25,056 nt of DNA, from assembly GCA_048938385.1 (NCBI GenBank), contig JBHLMG010000004.1:101342-126397 (forward strand). Reading direction: 5' to 3'. Below, piece after piece: positions 16,759 to 25,056 of this stretch; the first letter of the stretch is position 1; every line of letters starts with the position of its first letter. Source of the stretch: Promethearchaeota archaeon. GTDB lineage: Archaea; Asgardarchaeota; Hermodarchaeia; Hermodarchaeales; Hermodarchaeaceae. The position numbers were made by a program, and so were the translations under genes. The notes beneath the pieces are model-generated. The model had not been told where the DNA came from, ran no database searches, and saw nothing but the letters and a program-made list of their open reading frames with translations.

Positions 16759-18027
16759 ATGTCTTTTCTTCGTGGAGATCCACGCAAATCTGCAATTAAA
16801 CACGAAAAACGCGCTCGTGAATGGCAAGACCGAGGCAACGAAGCCAAAGCTGCAAGAGAATGGCTCGCTGCAGGACGTGATTACATTCGCATCCCCGACT
16901 TTAAACGAGCTCACGAATCCTTTCTTCAGGCCGCACAATTCTACCTTGCCCTGAAAGACACAAACAACGAAAACGCCGCACTCCACGCTGCCGTTGATGT
17001 GGCCATTGCTAAAAAAGACTACGAAGCCGCAGCAAAAGCGTTAGATCAAGTTACTCGAATTGGAACCCGGCTAAGAGACGACGATATGTTACTCCATACC
17101 TTAGCCCTAAAAACTATCATCTTCATTGCCGCTAATGACTTAGCCAAAGCCAAAGAAACCCACCGTGAAGCCTTAAAAGTTGAAAAGCGTCTTGACCAGA
17201 AACGAGCTCAAAATCCCCTCTTTTTGATCGCATCCACACTCACTACCCGCTTCATTGAAGGTGAAACAATTCCTGAAGACACTGTTCTACCAAGTCGCGT
17301 GAACGAATCAGAAAACATCGACAGACTAGTAGATACCCTCCTGCGAATTTTTTCAGAAACTAAGAATAGCATCCTGACCTTATCTTTAGATAGAACCGAA
17401 GTCAAACGCAAAGACCATGTTTCAGGACACTGCTCATTTCAGTTTTCAACTCCACTCCAAATCGTACGGGTAAAACTCACCTTACCTCCCAACATCGCGC
17501 TCATCGAAGACTTTGAGCTTCCTGAAAACCCTGTAACGAAGTACAAGCTTCCCTTCGCAATTGAACCACGCCTTCCCGGCACTTTTAATGTGGGTCCCCT
17601 CTCTGCAACAATGCAAAAAGAAAAGCAACAATTCCTCTTCACATCAAATATTGTGTCTATGGATGTCGCCGCAGCAAAACCTCGTATAACCCTTACTGCA
17701 GAAGCAACAACTCCTCTTCACACTCAAGAAGAATTCGAACTCATTGTTAAGGTAAACAATACCAGTTTAGGCGATGCTTCAGAGGTAAACATTGCCATCA
17801 CTCTCCCCCCCACTCTTATCTGCAAAACCGGAACCCTAGAAAAACGCATCATCACCCTTCCCGCCCAACAGGATGTAAGTTTCCCCCTCTACATTATCGC
17901 AACAAAGGCTGGAACCCATGAAGGCACCATAATCTGTACGCACAAAGCTCCTAGCGGCACTACACGCAAAGTTGAGAACACCTTTTCCATCGAGGTACTC
18001 CCCCGAATTCCAAAGGAAAAAGATTAA
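16759..18027 (+). CDS. SNAP-like TPR solenoid followed by two Ig-like beta-sandwich domains
   Basis: aa ~1-170 helical TPR-like repeats (AAREWLAAGRDY...AHESFLQAAQFYLAL); aa ~205-420 beta-rich with F.L.V.V.N...G.A..V.I...LP patterns; no signal peptide or TM segment. Confidence 0.65.
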   Translation: MSFLRGDPRKSAIKHEKRAREWQDRGNEAKAAREWLAAGRDYIRIPDFKRAHESFLQAAQFYLALKDTNNENAALHAAVDVAIAKKDYEAAAKALDQVTRIGTRLRDDDMLLHTLALKTIIFIAANDLAKAKETHREALKVEKRLDQKRAQNPLFLIASTLTTRFIEGETIPEDTVLPSRVNESENIDRLVDTLLRIFSETKNSILTLSLDRTEVKRKDHVSGHCSFQFSTPLQIVRVKLTLPPNIALIEDFELPENPVTKYKLPFAIEPRLPGTFNVGPLSATMQKEKQQFLFTSNIVSMDVAAAKPRITLTAEATTPLHTQEEFELIVKVNNTSLGDASEVNIAITLPPTLICKTGTLEKRIITLPAQQDVSFPLYIIATKAGTHEGTIICTHKAPSGTTRKVENTFSIEVLPRIPKEKD

Positions 18028-18066
18028 TGAGTGGCTCCACCGCTGTCACCCATAGGGATTATTTCA

Positions 18067-19365
18067 ATGCGTGCACTCCTTCTTGCTGGCAGTGAAAGTC
18101 AACGCATGTGGCCACTGGTAGACACCTACCCTAAACCCTTACTCGATATCGGTGGTAAACCCATTGTCCAATGGATTATCGAGGATATGCAGGCTGCAGG
18201 CATCAAAGATATTCTAGTCTCGATTGGGTATCGCGGGCGTCAAATCCGAGATGTTCTTGGTCGTGGACACAGTTTCGGCGTCAAAATCGATTATGTCGAA
18301 CAGAAGGAACGCCGAGGAGTGGCTGACTCTATACTCGTTGCCAAAGAAGAACTTCAAGGCGAGGACGCGTTCTTCGTGGTGAATGCTGACATCATCGGTG
18401 AACCTCGAATGTTCCGTCGCGCCCAAAGACACTACAAAGAGTTAGGCGCTGAAGCAGTAGTCAGCCTCACGCTAACTAGCACACCCCAGTTTTATGGAAT
18501 TGCTGTGATCGACGAGCGTGCTCGAATTAAAAAACTAGTCGAAAAACCACAACCTGACGAAGTCCAAAGTCGATACGCTGTCGCCGGTATCTATGTGTTC
18601 AAATCAGAGATCTTCCCAATGCTGGAAAAAACCCATGATCTTCCTACCACAATTCAAGAGCTCATAAAAACCAACAAGGATGTTTACGGATCCGTCTGGG
18701 AGCGGGACTGGGTTGAAATATCCTACCCTTGGGATTTAATCCGAGCGAACCGTTTCGTCTTAGATCAAACGCTCACTGGTAAAGGGTCGTTCATCGCTGC
18801 TTCAGCAGATATTCAACAACCAAGTCGCATTGAGGGGTCCGTTCATATCTCCGAAGGCGTCGTAGTTCGTCCACACACCACAATCCGAGGACCCACCTAC
18901 ATTGGACCCAACACCTACATTGGAAACAATGTGCTAGTCCGTGAATATACTTCTCTCGGTTCCAATGTACTTGTTGGCTTTGGAGTCGAAATCAAAGAAA
19001 GCCTCATTTATGATGAAACTAAAATGGGTCGACTTTGCTTCATCGGCGATAGCGTTGTAGGACGCAATGTGGATATTGGTGCTGGCGCTCAACTCGTCAA
19101 TCGCTCTCTGGCTGGAAAAAACATCACCTCGGTTATCAAAGGAAAAGTCGAAACGGTTCCCCGTGAGAAGTATGGCGCAGTAATTGGAGACAATGCCATT
19201 CTCAGTCCTAATGTTTCAGTCTATCCTGGCGTTAAGATAGGCGTCGGATCAGTAATACTTCCTGGGACAATTCTCTCAGAAGATGTCCCCTCCCACACAG
19301 AAGCACAGGCCTCTCACCAAGTCGCATTCCGAACCCTCGACACAGTAAAGGAGAAAAAGACTTAA
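18067..19365 (+). CDS. Sugar-1-phosphate nucleotidyltransferase + left-handed beta-helix protein (archaeal GlmU-like)
   Basis: ALLLAG...RMWPL...PKPLL, YVEQ, FYG, EKP and YPWD, then hexapeptide repeats and KYGAVIGD; track start GTG 18031. Confidence 0.88.
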   Translation: MRALLLAGSESQRMWPLVDTYPKPLLDIGGKPIVQWIIEDMQAAGIKDILVSIGYRGRQIRDVLGRGHSFGVKIDYVEQKERRGVADSILVAKEELQGEDAFFVVNADIIGEPRMFRRAQRHYKELGAEAVVSLTLTSTPQFYGIAVIDERARIKKLVEKPQPDEVQSRYAVAGIYVFKSEIFPMLEKTHDLPTTIQELIKTNKDVYGSVWERDWVEISYPWDLIRANRFVLDQTLTGKGSFIAASADIQQPSRIEGSVHISEGVVVRPHTTIRGPTYIGPNTYIGNNVLVREYTSLGSNVLVGFGVEIKESLIYDETKMGRLCFIGDSVVGRNVDIGAGAQLVNRSLAGKNITSVIKGKVETVPREKYGAVIGDNAILSPNVSVYPGVKIGVGSVILPGTILSEDVPSHTEAQASHQVAFRTLDTVKEKKT

Positions 19366-19402
19366 AGGTGGACACGGTTTTCGTCACTCTCGGTGACACG
19401 GA

Positions 19403-19633
19403 GTGGCAGTTGTACTCGCCTTTGTCCTCATCCTATCTAAATCCGGACGAGAAAACGAAATCATTGAAATTCTGAAAGAGTTCAAAGAGGTCAAAGAAGC
19501 CTGGACGATTCTTGGTTCCTGGGACATCATAGTTCAAGTCGAAGCCGAATCCATGGAAGATCTTTATGTTCTCGTTGAACGCATCCGTGGCCTTCGTAAT
19601 GTAGAACGCACTTCAACCCTCATTACGCGATAG
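19403..19633 (+). CDS. Stand-alone Lrp/AsnC ligand-binding (RAM) domain protein
   Basis: AFVLI...GRENEI...GSWDIIVQVE...IRGLRNVERTSTLI. Confidence 0.85.
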   Translation: MAVVLAFVLILSKSGRENEIIEILKEFKEVKEAWTILGSWDIIVQVEAESMEDLYVLVERIRGLRNVERTSTLITR

Positions 19634-19730
19634 TTTAGTTGCCTTGATTCACCTACAGCTCACCCCCCATTTTTTAACCACAACACTACAGTAGATACCA
19701 AATCGAAACATCTTTTCGAGGTCAACACCG

Positions 19731-20762
19731 ATGGCTCAAGAACATTCCGTGGCTTCAGATGAAGACAGCTTAAAGAATCGCGCCGGAGATGCCAAATTCT
19801 ACCTATTTTGGGGAAGTGGTGCGTTCTTCCTACTTGGTGTCCTTTTTCTCCTTCCTGTCTTTCTGCCCCTTATTCTTCTCATTAATATTCAGAATGCTCT
19901 CCTTCTAACAGGACTTGGTTATCTAATCCCGGGATTCGTCCTCTTCCTTTGGGGATTAGTGAAAGTTTTTCGTGGAAAGGACTTGACCTTCTCTCAGGTC
20001 TGGCAAGCACAAATTCAGCGCAGCGATGTTAAACGAACCCTCCGTTTCCTGCTCTTCGTTTCTTTCTTTATCATTCTACTTGTTATTCCCGTGCTAATCG
20101 GGCTCTCTATTGTAGATCTTATGAACGGTGTCATTGATTGGGCATTCATCACCTTTGGACCAGTTGGTATCTACCTTGGAATCTTTCTTGTCAGCATCTT
20201 TGGAAATTTCACTGTTATTTTTCCTGTCCCATATCTATTCGTTCTTCTCTGGCTAGTCATCGGATGGCCTGGTGGAATCACTCTCGTTGATGGCTTATTA
20301 CTGGGTTTCGTAGTAGGGGCTGGGGCTGCTATTGGTGAAACTACGGCTTGGCTCCTTGGACGAACGCAAACAGGGTCTCTTGAAGAATCTTCAACTGGTC
20401 GTCGAATCCTTAAACTTCGTGAGCAAATCGAACGAGGATTTGGCGGACTTCTCATCTTCTTGTACGCCGCTTCACCCCTTCCTGATGATATACTACTTAT
20501 TGCTTTGGGGGCCACGAAGTATCCCTTATGGAAGGCCCTTCTTTATTCCTTCTTGGGTAAGGTCACTTTAGCACTCATCATCACTTTAGGCGCTCTTCAA
20601 CCACTAATTCAGCCAATCTTAGTGCAAATCTTTGGAGGGGTTTCAGATCCTGTAAGTGACACAGCTTATCTTATCCTCGGAATTGCCTTAATTGGCCTCT
20701 TCTTCATTCCGTGGGGGAGCTTGTTACAAAAATTGAGAAGAAGGTCACCAGAGCTGGAATAG
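19731..20762 (+). CDS. DedA / VTT (SNARE-associated Golgi protein) family membrane protein with extra N-terminal TM helices
   Basis: Many hydrophobic helices; GAAIGETTAWLLGR and SPLPDD motifs. Confidence 0.8.
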   Translation: MAQEHSVASDEDSLKNRAGDAKFYLFWGSGAFFLLGVLFLLPVFLPLILLINIQNALLLTGLGYLIPGFVLFLWGLVKVFRGKDLTFSQVWQAQIQRSDVKRTLRFLLFVSFFIILLVIPVLIGLSIVDLMNGVIDWAFITFGPVGIYLGIFLVSIFGNFTVIFPVPYLFVLLWLVIGWPGGITLVDGLLLGFVVGAGAAIGETTAWLLGRTQTGSLEESSTGRRILKLREQIERGFGGLLIFLYAASPLPDDILLIALGATKYPLWKALLYSFLGKVTLALIITLGALQPLIQPILVQIFGGVSDPVSDTAYLILGIALIGLFFIPWGSLLQKLRRRSPELE

Positions 20763-21500
20763 GTAGAGTTTCTCGCCAAATCCAAGTAATCGCCCCTGTG
20801 CAATAATTCTGTACCGATATCTAATCTCTTGGATTCGGCGAAGAATTCTTCTCAAGGGTGCTGCAGAACTTGCTAACATTTGAATGCATCCCTCCTCGTT
20901 CATGTACGAACGCGCCTCAACAAGGAACCGATCGATTAATTCACACTTAGGACCCGCTGCCCACGCTGAACCTATCCAGCTCTCCGTTATAAGATCGAAG
21001 TAAGGCGGATTAAAGAGAATAACATCAAACACTTCGCCTTGAACCGGTGCAAAAAGATCTCCCCTCAATACGGTAACGCGAGTTTCCACCTTGTTTAATT
21101 TCATCGTACCTTGTGCACAGTTCACGGCGTAAGGATTCACATCCGTTGCTGTCACATCATGGGTAATCCGTGCAGCCGCTGCTGCAATAGCGCCAGTTCC
21201 AGTTCCGATTTCTAATACACGATTTTGGGGATGGAGAATCATGTGCTGAATAAAAAAGAGCGTTGTTCGCCCATAGCCAGGATGAAATACTTGGGGACAA
21301 ATTTGAATACACAAATTGTCTAACATAATCACCCTTGGTTGTGTAAGTCGGCGATGCAGAATGTGCAAAAGGCTATTCATGATACGACGATACACTCGGG
21401 GGAAACGCATCTGCAAGACTTCCTGGTCTCGAACAGGTCTCAAAGGATAATATGACTTGGTTTTCTCTAAAAACTGCGTGTAATCGTCCCTATAGCCCAC
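20745..21500 (-). CDS. HemK2/MTQ2-like class I SAM-dependent methyltransferase (start uncertain; ATG 21410 possible)
   Basis: VFHP, VLEIGTGTG, DVNPYAV, GDLF and FNPPY motifs. Confidence 0.88.
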   Translation of the reverse strand: MGYRDDYTQFLEKTKSYYPLRPVRDQEVLQMRFPRVYRRIMNSLLHILHRRLTQPRVIMLDNLCIQICPQVFHPGYGRTTLFFIQHMILHPQNRVLEIGTGTGAIAAAAARITHDVTATDVNPYAVNCAQGTMKLNKVETRVTVLRGDLFAPVQGEVFDVILFNPPYFDLITESWIGSAWAAGPKCELIDRFLVEARSYMNEEGCIQMLASSAAPLRRILRRIQEIRYRYRIIAQGRLLGFGEKLYLFQLW

Positions 21501-21541
21501 AAGGTTTTAAACCATTCAATCCAAGATGAAGACGATTGAGA

Positions 21542-22003
21542 ATGGCGTTTGGTGGATTTGATTTCCTACAGGCAGAAAAAGACACATCGAAGAAAGTTGA
21601 AGAACTCGCGCAAGTTCTTGAAAATGTGGCTACAATCTTTCTCAACGGTGTTGGTGCGCTCGAAAAGCAGCTCCAAGACATGCGAACCCGGTTAGACAGA
21701 GTGGAAACCCAGATCGACACGATGGTCCGAATGGGTGGAGCTCGTGCTGCTTCTGCCCCCATATCAGCCAGTACAAAGGCATCAGAAGGTTCTGGTGTTC
21801 CGCCATCGCCCTCTATGCCTCCAAGCCCTGGATTCACGCCAACTTCTCCCGGGCTTGCCGCCGCACCACCTCAAGCCCCCCAATCACCTATGGGGGCTAC
21901 CCCAAGTGCCATTGGTATTCGGGCCCAAATGCAAGGCGAATTACAGTCTTTTCTTGCTCGCCGTCGGGCTGCTATCGAAGAATCAATGAAAGACCAGGAA
22001 TGA
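21542..22003 (+). CDS. Small coiled-coil / Pro-rich / basic amphipathic helix protein (candidate WASH/WAVE-complex-like actin regulator)
   Basis: ATG 21542 downstream of a TTTTAAA TATA-like box (~21505-21511); heptad coil aa ~15-62, Pro/Ser/Ala linker, C-terminal MQGELQSFLARRRAAI. The CDS is well supported; the function is inferred. Confidence 0.75.
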   Translation: MAFGGFDFLQAEKDTSKKVEELAQVLENVATIFLNGVGALEKQLQDMRTRLDRVETQIDTMVRMGGARAASAPISASTKASEGSGVPPSPSMPPSPGFTPTSPGLAAAPPQAPQSPMGATPSAIGIRAQMQGELQSFLARRRAAIEESMKDQE

Positions 22004-22014
22004 CCTTCCTTGGC

Positions 22015-22647
22015 TCACTCTCTTTGTTCTGAAAAGAATCGGCCTAATCCTAACTGTCCCTTTTCCTCGCTTTTTCCCAGACTTCCTTCTTCAGCAAGTA
22101 ATTGCTTTAGTCGTTGCATGTCTTCTTGCAAGGTTGGAACTAATGCTTGATTATACAGGCCTGCTGCTGGATGATACATCACAAAGAAGGCCTGTCCCTT
22201 TTGCGTAAGGGTTTGCCCGTGCGTGGCCCCCATGCGAACTGCTGTGTTCAGCAGGGATTCTGCTGGAACGCGGCCAACCAAGGCGATCACCTTCGGTTGA
22301 ATGTAAGCCAGCTGGCGAATAAGAAGGGGTCGACAAGCATCTTGCTCACTTTGTGTGGGTTGTCGGTTATCCGGAGGTCGGCATTTCACCGTATTTGTGA
22401 TAAAAACCGTTGTACGAGGAATTCCTGCCTCTTCTAATAGCTGTGTGAGGAGTCTTCCTGCTGCACCGACAAAGGGTTCTCCTTGAAGGTCTTCTTGACG
22501 GCCTGGAGCTTCCCCAATGATTACCAAGCGTGCGGTGTTAGGTCCAACACCTGGTACGGCTTGGGTTCGAGAATGAGCCAATGGACACCGTTTGCAGGAA
22601 AGGATTTCTTGGGTAAGCTGCTCCCACTCGCTAGTTGTGGAGGCCAT
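22015..22647 (-). CDS. udg: Family-4 uracil-DNA glycosylase ([4Fe-4S]) with C-terminal PIP box
   Basis: CKRC, GEAPG, PFVG, KCRPP, YHPAA and C-terminal QLGLGRFF; ATG 22647 preferred over track start 22674. Confidence 0.94.
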   Translation of the reverse strand: MASTTSEWEQLTQEILSCKRCPLAHSRTQAVPGVGPNTARLVIIGEAPGRQEDLQGEPFVGAAGRLLTQLLEEAGIPRTTVFITNTVKCRPPDNRQPTQSEQDACRPLLIRQLAYIQPKVIALVGRVPAESLLNTAVRMGATHGQTLTQKGQAFFVMYHPAAGLYNQALVPTLQEDMQRLKQLLAEEGSLGKSEEKGQLGLGRFFSEQRE

Positions 22648-22703
22648 GGTTTCACCACAGGTGAACAAGGACACAATAGAGAATGGGATTCTCCTTCTTA
22701 ATG

Positions 22704-23555
22704 CTATTCACTTACGGTTGCCACTCGTAAGCGTCGGCGTTTTCGGAACGCATAGATGAAGACAAGAAGCAGAAAGATGCTCACAGGAATAATAATGGCG
22801 ACGAGTTTGTTCAACACCGTCATATCGACAGGGACTAAAATTACCTCGCTATCAATCAATTCGTCAAGGTAATACATTGAAACATTAACGGCTGACATCC
22901 CGAAGTCATAGACATGGGTAACATTGTGCGAAAGTAGAAGTACGATGTTGTTTTGCCCTGGTGCAAGCTCTACTTCTTCTGAGGTGTTCACGAACTTGGA
23001 ACCGAAAGTGTCCAACCTGACGATCCGTGGCGTATCAACATGGTTTGTTATGGTGACGATGAGGCTGCCGGTAGTGCCCTGCGTGAACACATGGCCTGGT
23101 GAAACGGATGTAATTGTAGCTACTGGGACGACTGCAATTTCATATTGTTCAAACAGAAAGGAAAAACCACCTACATTGATTTCAAAGGTGACAACATGTA
23201 TGCCGATCGTGGCGTTCGCTGCGACGGAATAATCAAGGGAAATGTTTAGCTGGGCTTCTGGACCAATCGTGAAATTCAGCATGGGGATGTAGGGGTCCTG
23301 TGGGCTATGGCTAATGATTTCTCCCAAATCGTCTGAGAACAGCGCAAACCCATCATGTGTAAGGTTTTGAGGGTTTGTGATGGTGGCTTTTACCTGGCCT
23401 CGGGCGGCCTGTGCGACCTCGCTGGGGACTTCAACATCAGTGATTTGGATGGGGATGGGTTGAGCAGCTACGGGCGAGGCGTTTTGTATTCCAAGAACTG
23501 AGGCGATGAACAGTATGGTGATGAGAAGCGAACAGATGCGAAGAGAGAGTTTCAC
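22704..23555 (-). CDS. Type-I membrane protein: signal peptide, Ig-like extracellular domains, C-terminal TM helix and basic tail
   Basis: Hydrophobic N-terminus ending VAAQ; beta-rich body with several N-x-S/T sequons; TM LVAIIIPVSIFLLLVFIYAF followed by RKRRRLR. Confidence 0.8.
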   Translation of the reverse strand: MKLSLRICSLLITILFIASVLGIQNASPVAAQPIPIQITDVEVPSEVAQAARGQVKATITNPQNLTHDGFALFSDDLGEIISHSPQDPYIPMLNFTIGPEAQLNISLDYSVAANATIGIHVVTFEINVGGFSFLFEQYEIAVVPVATITSVSPGHVFTQGTTGSLIVTITNHVDTPRIVRLDTFGSKFVNTSEEVELAPGQNNIVLLLSHNVTHVYDFGMSAVNVSMYYLDELIDSEVILVPVDMTVLNKLVAIIIPVSIFLLLVFIYAFRKRRRLRVATVSE

Positions 23556-23668
23556 TAGGGGCTCACCTTGTTCTTTCTGGACTTAGGGTGCTGTGCCAAT
23601 GTCCAGCTCATCTTTTAAAGTTTATTTCTTCAGCGGAAGTCAGAAAGCTGAGCTAGAAATTAGATAGG

Positions 23669-23676
23669 TTTAAATA
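23669..23676 (+). promoter_or_regulatory. Archaeal TATA box of the padR-cdc48 unit
   Basis: TTTAAATA about 60 nt upstream of ATG 23735. Confidence 0.65.
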
Positions 23677-23701
23677 AGGTAGCGTTACTGCTTTGTCTCA
23701 C

Positions 23702-23720
23702 TATATAGCCACGCTATATA
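23702..23720. promoter_or_regulatory. Palindromic operator TATATAGC-cac-GCTATATA (probable PadR site)
   Basis: Perfect 8-bp inverted repeat with a 3-nt spacer, about 26 nt downstream of the TATA box, near the expected transcription start. Confidence 0.7.
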
Positions 23721-23734
23721 CTGGAGAAACGAAA

Positions 23735-24160
23735 ATGACCGAAACTCCCACCGACAGAACCCTAGAAAAGCTCCGTGAATGGACACGGGAAATCAACCGA
23801 GGCATTCTCGAATTCTGGGTGTTGAACCTGTTACGCCGTGAAAAGGCGCAATACGGGATGCAAATCGCAAATCTCATCGAAGAAATGTCGGAGGGGCGAA
23901 TCCAACTGGAACCAGGCACGATCTACCCATTACTCAATCGTCTCGCAAAAAGTGGGTGGATTATTATTGATGATAATATTAGTAGTCAAGGGCGCGGGCC
24001 TGTCCGGCGCTACTATCGACTTACTGACGAAGGAACCAAACTTCTAAACGCAATGATTGATCACTACTTCGAAACCTACGATGCTCTATTCCAACTGATG
24101 GCCGCCCAGTTCCGGTCAGTACGTACACGATTATCCGAAATGATGGAGGATTTCGAGTAA
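23735..24160 (+). CDS. PadR-family winged-helix transcriptional regulator
   Basis: RGILEFWVLNLL, YGMQI, GTIYPLLNRL and RRYYRLTDEG; ATG 23735 after a ggag SD (track start 23693). Confidence 0.92.
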   Translation: MTETPTDRTLEKLREWTREINRGILEFWVLNLLRREKAQYGMQIANLIEEMSEGRIQLEPGTIYPLLNRLAKSGWIIIDDNISSQGRGPVRRYYRLTDEGTKLLNAMIDHYFETYDALFQLMAAQFRSVRTRLSEMMEDFE

Positions 24161-25056
24161 ATGCCAGAAAAAATTCAACTTCGTGTTGTCTCACTTCCTA
24201 GTGACGAAGCTGGACGGGGAATCGTCCGCATCGATCCTAAGATCATGGATCAATTAGGCGTGAAATCCGGAGATATCATCGAAATCACCGGAAAAAAGAC
24301 TACAGGTGCACGGGTCTGGCGGGGCCAATCAATCCACGCTGGATCCAGTAAGATTTTCATGGACGGTCTGGTTCGGAGTAATGCGGGAACCGGAATTGGA
24401 GAATTTATTGAAGTAAGACGCATTGATCCGCCCCCAGCAAAACGCGTCAGCTTGGCACCTGCCCAAAGTGGAGTTCGTATTGTTGCAGAAGGCGAGGCAG
24501 TAAAACCCAGCTTGCTCCAGCGTCCAGTGGCTCCTGGTGACATTATCGGAACCGCTCGAGCTGGTGCCTATGGTAGCGGTGACTACTCCCTTTTTGAAGC
24601 GATGATGCGTAGCGCTGGCGCTCCCTTTGCCCTGCGTGAACTCAAATTCATTGTCACAACAACGACTCCCAAAGGCATAGTGAAAATCACAGAAGACACA
24701 GTGATTGAGATTCAACCTGAAGCTATGGAAATCACACCTAAAGCGCCGTTGGTTACTTATGAAGATATAGGCGGTTTGAATGAAGTCATAACGCGTGTTC
24801 GAGAAATGATCGAACTCCCCCTCAAACACCCTGAACTTTTTGACCGCCTTGGAATCGACCCTCCTAAAGGGGTCTTGCTGTATGGACCACCTGGCACAGG
24901 TAAAACTCTTCTCGCAAGAGCTGTCGCCAACGAATCCGATGCTACTTTCAAATCGATCAATGGGCCAGAAATCATGAGCAAATTCTACGGCGAATCCGAA
25001 AAACGCCTCCGCCAAATCTTCGAGGAAGCCGAAAAGAACGCCCCCAGCATCATCTT
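24161..25056 (+). CDS. cdc48: CDC48/p97/VAT AAA+ ATPase (3'-truncated by the window)
   Basis: My translation: [10 protein letters not shown]...GRGIVRIDP...VTYEDIGGL...[28 protein letters not shown]...[33 protein letters not shown]. The ATG directly follows the PadR TAA. Missing from the ORF track. Confidence 0.96.
   Translation, partial: MPEKIQLRVVSLPSDEAGRGIVRIDPKIMDQLGVKSGDIIEITGKKTTGARVWRGQSIHAGSSKIFMDGLVRSNAGTGIGEFIEVRRIDPPPAKRVSLAPAQSGVRIVAEGEAVKPSLLQRPVAPGDIIGTARAGAYGSGDYSLFEAMMRSAGAPFALRELKFIVTTTTPKGIVKITEDTVIEIQPEAMEITPKAPLVTYEDIGGLNEVITRVREMIELPLKHPELFDRLGIDPPKGVLLYGPPGTGKTLLARAVANESDATFKSINGPEIMSKFYGESEKRLRQIFEEAEKNAPSII

Noticed and set aside
250-24981. Other short ORFs in the track that overlap called genes (e.g. 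4581..4913, 15486..15941, 21490..21837, 11195..11533)
   Set aside because: Nested or antisense to well-supported CDS, with no motifs or independent support.
24329-25015. 228-aa minus-strand ORF
   Set aside because: Antisense shadow of the clearly conserved cdc48 frame.
1-25056. CRISPR array, transposase/integrase, rRNA or defence island
   Set aside because: No spaced direct repeats, terminal inverted repeats, recombinase motifs or rRNA-like sequence seen by eye.

Overview
Gene-dense archaeal chromosomal segment with about 29 CDS and no recognisable rRNA, canonical tRNA, CRISPR array or mobile element. Archaeal markers include CDC48/VAT, an ADP-forming acyl-CoA synthetase alpha subunit, thiolase+DUF35, a family-4 UDG with a PIP box, stand-alone Lrp/AsnC domains, TTTAAATA-type TATA boxes and GGTGA/GAGG SD motifs. 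Several eukaryote-signature-like proteins make an Asgard archaeon my best guess (inference only). Left to right: nitroreductase and V4R-like protein; homocitrate-synthase-family enzyme; acyl-CoA cluster (degenerate ACD-alpha, RAM domain, intact ACD-alpha, thiolase, DUF35); M20 hydrolase; CitG-like protein; two small paralogues; a TIM-barrel plus DapA-aldolase-Fae fusion operon; a highly structured intergenic region; an RNA-processing cluster (Nop2/RsmF m5C methyltransferase, PUA protein, beta-CASP nuclease); a SNAP-like TPR+Ig protein; a GlmU-like protein; a DedA/VTT membrane protein; a HemK-like methyltransferase; a small coiled-coil/proline-rich protein; UDG; a type-I membrane protein; and PadR with a palindromic operator upstream of a window-truncated cdc48. 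Best leads: (1) a 153-aa protein with a CCDC53/HSPC300-like N-terminal coil, a Pro-rich linker and a WASH/VASP-like C-terminal helix (candidate proto-WASH/WAVE actin regulator); (2) a non-DHDPS class-I aldolase fused to formaldehyde-activating enzyme; (3) an unclassified structured RNA candidate at about 13681-13856; (4) a SNAP-like solenoid + Ig-domain protein. All homology calls come from motif reading and remembered family sequences; no searches were run.
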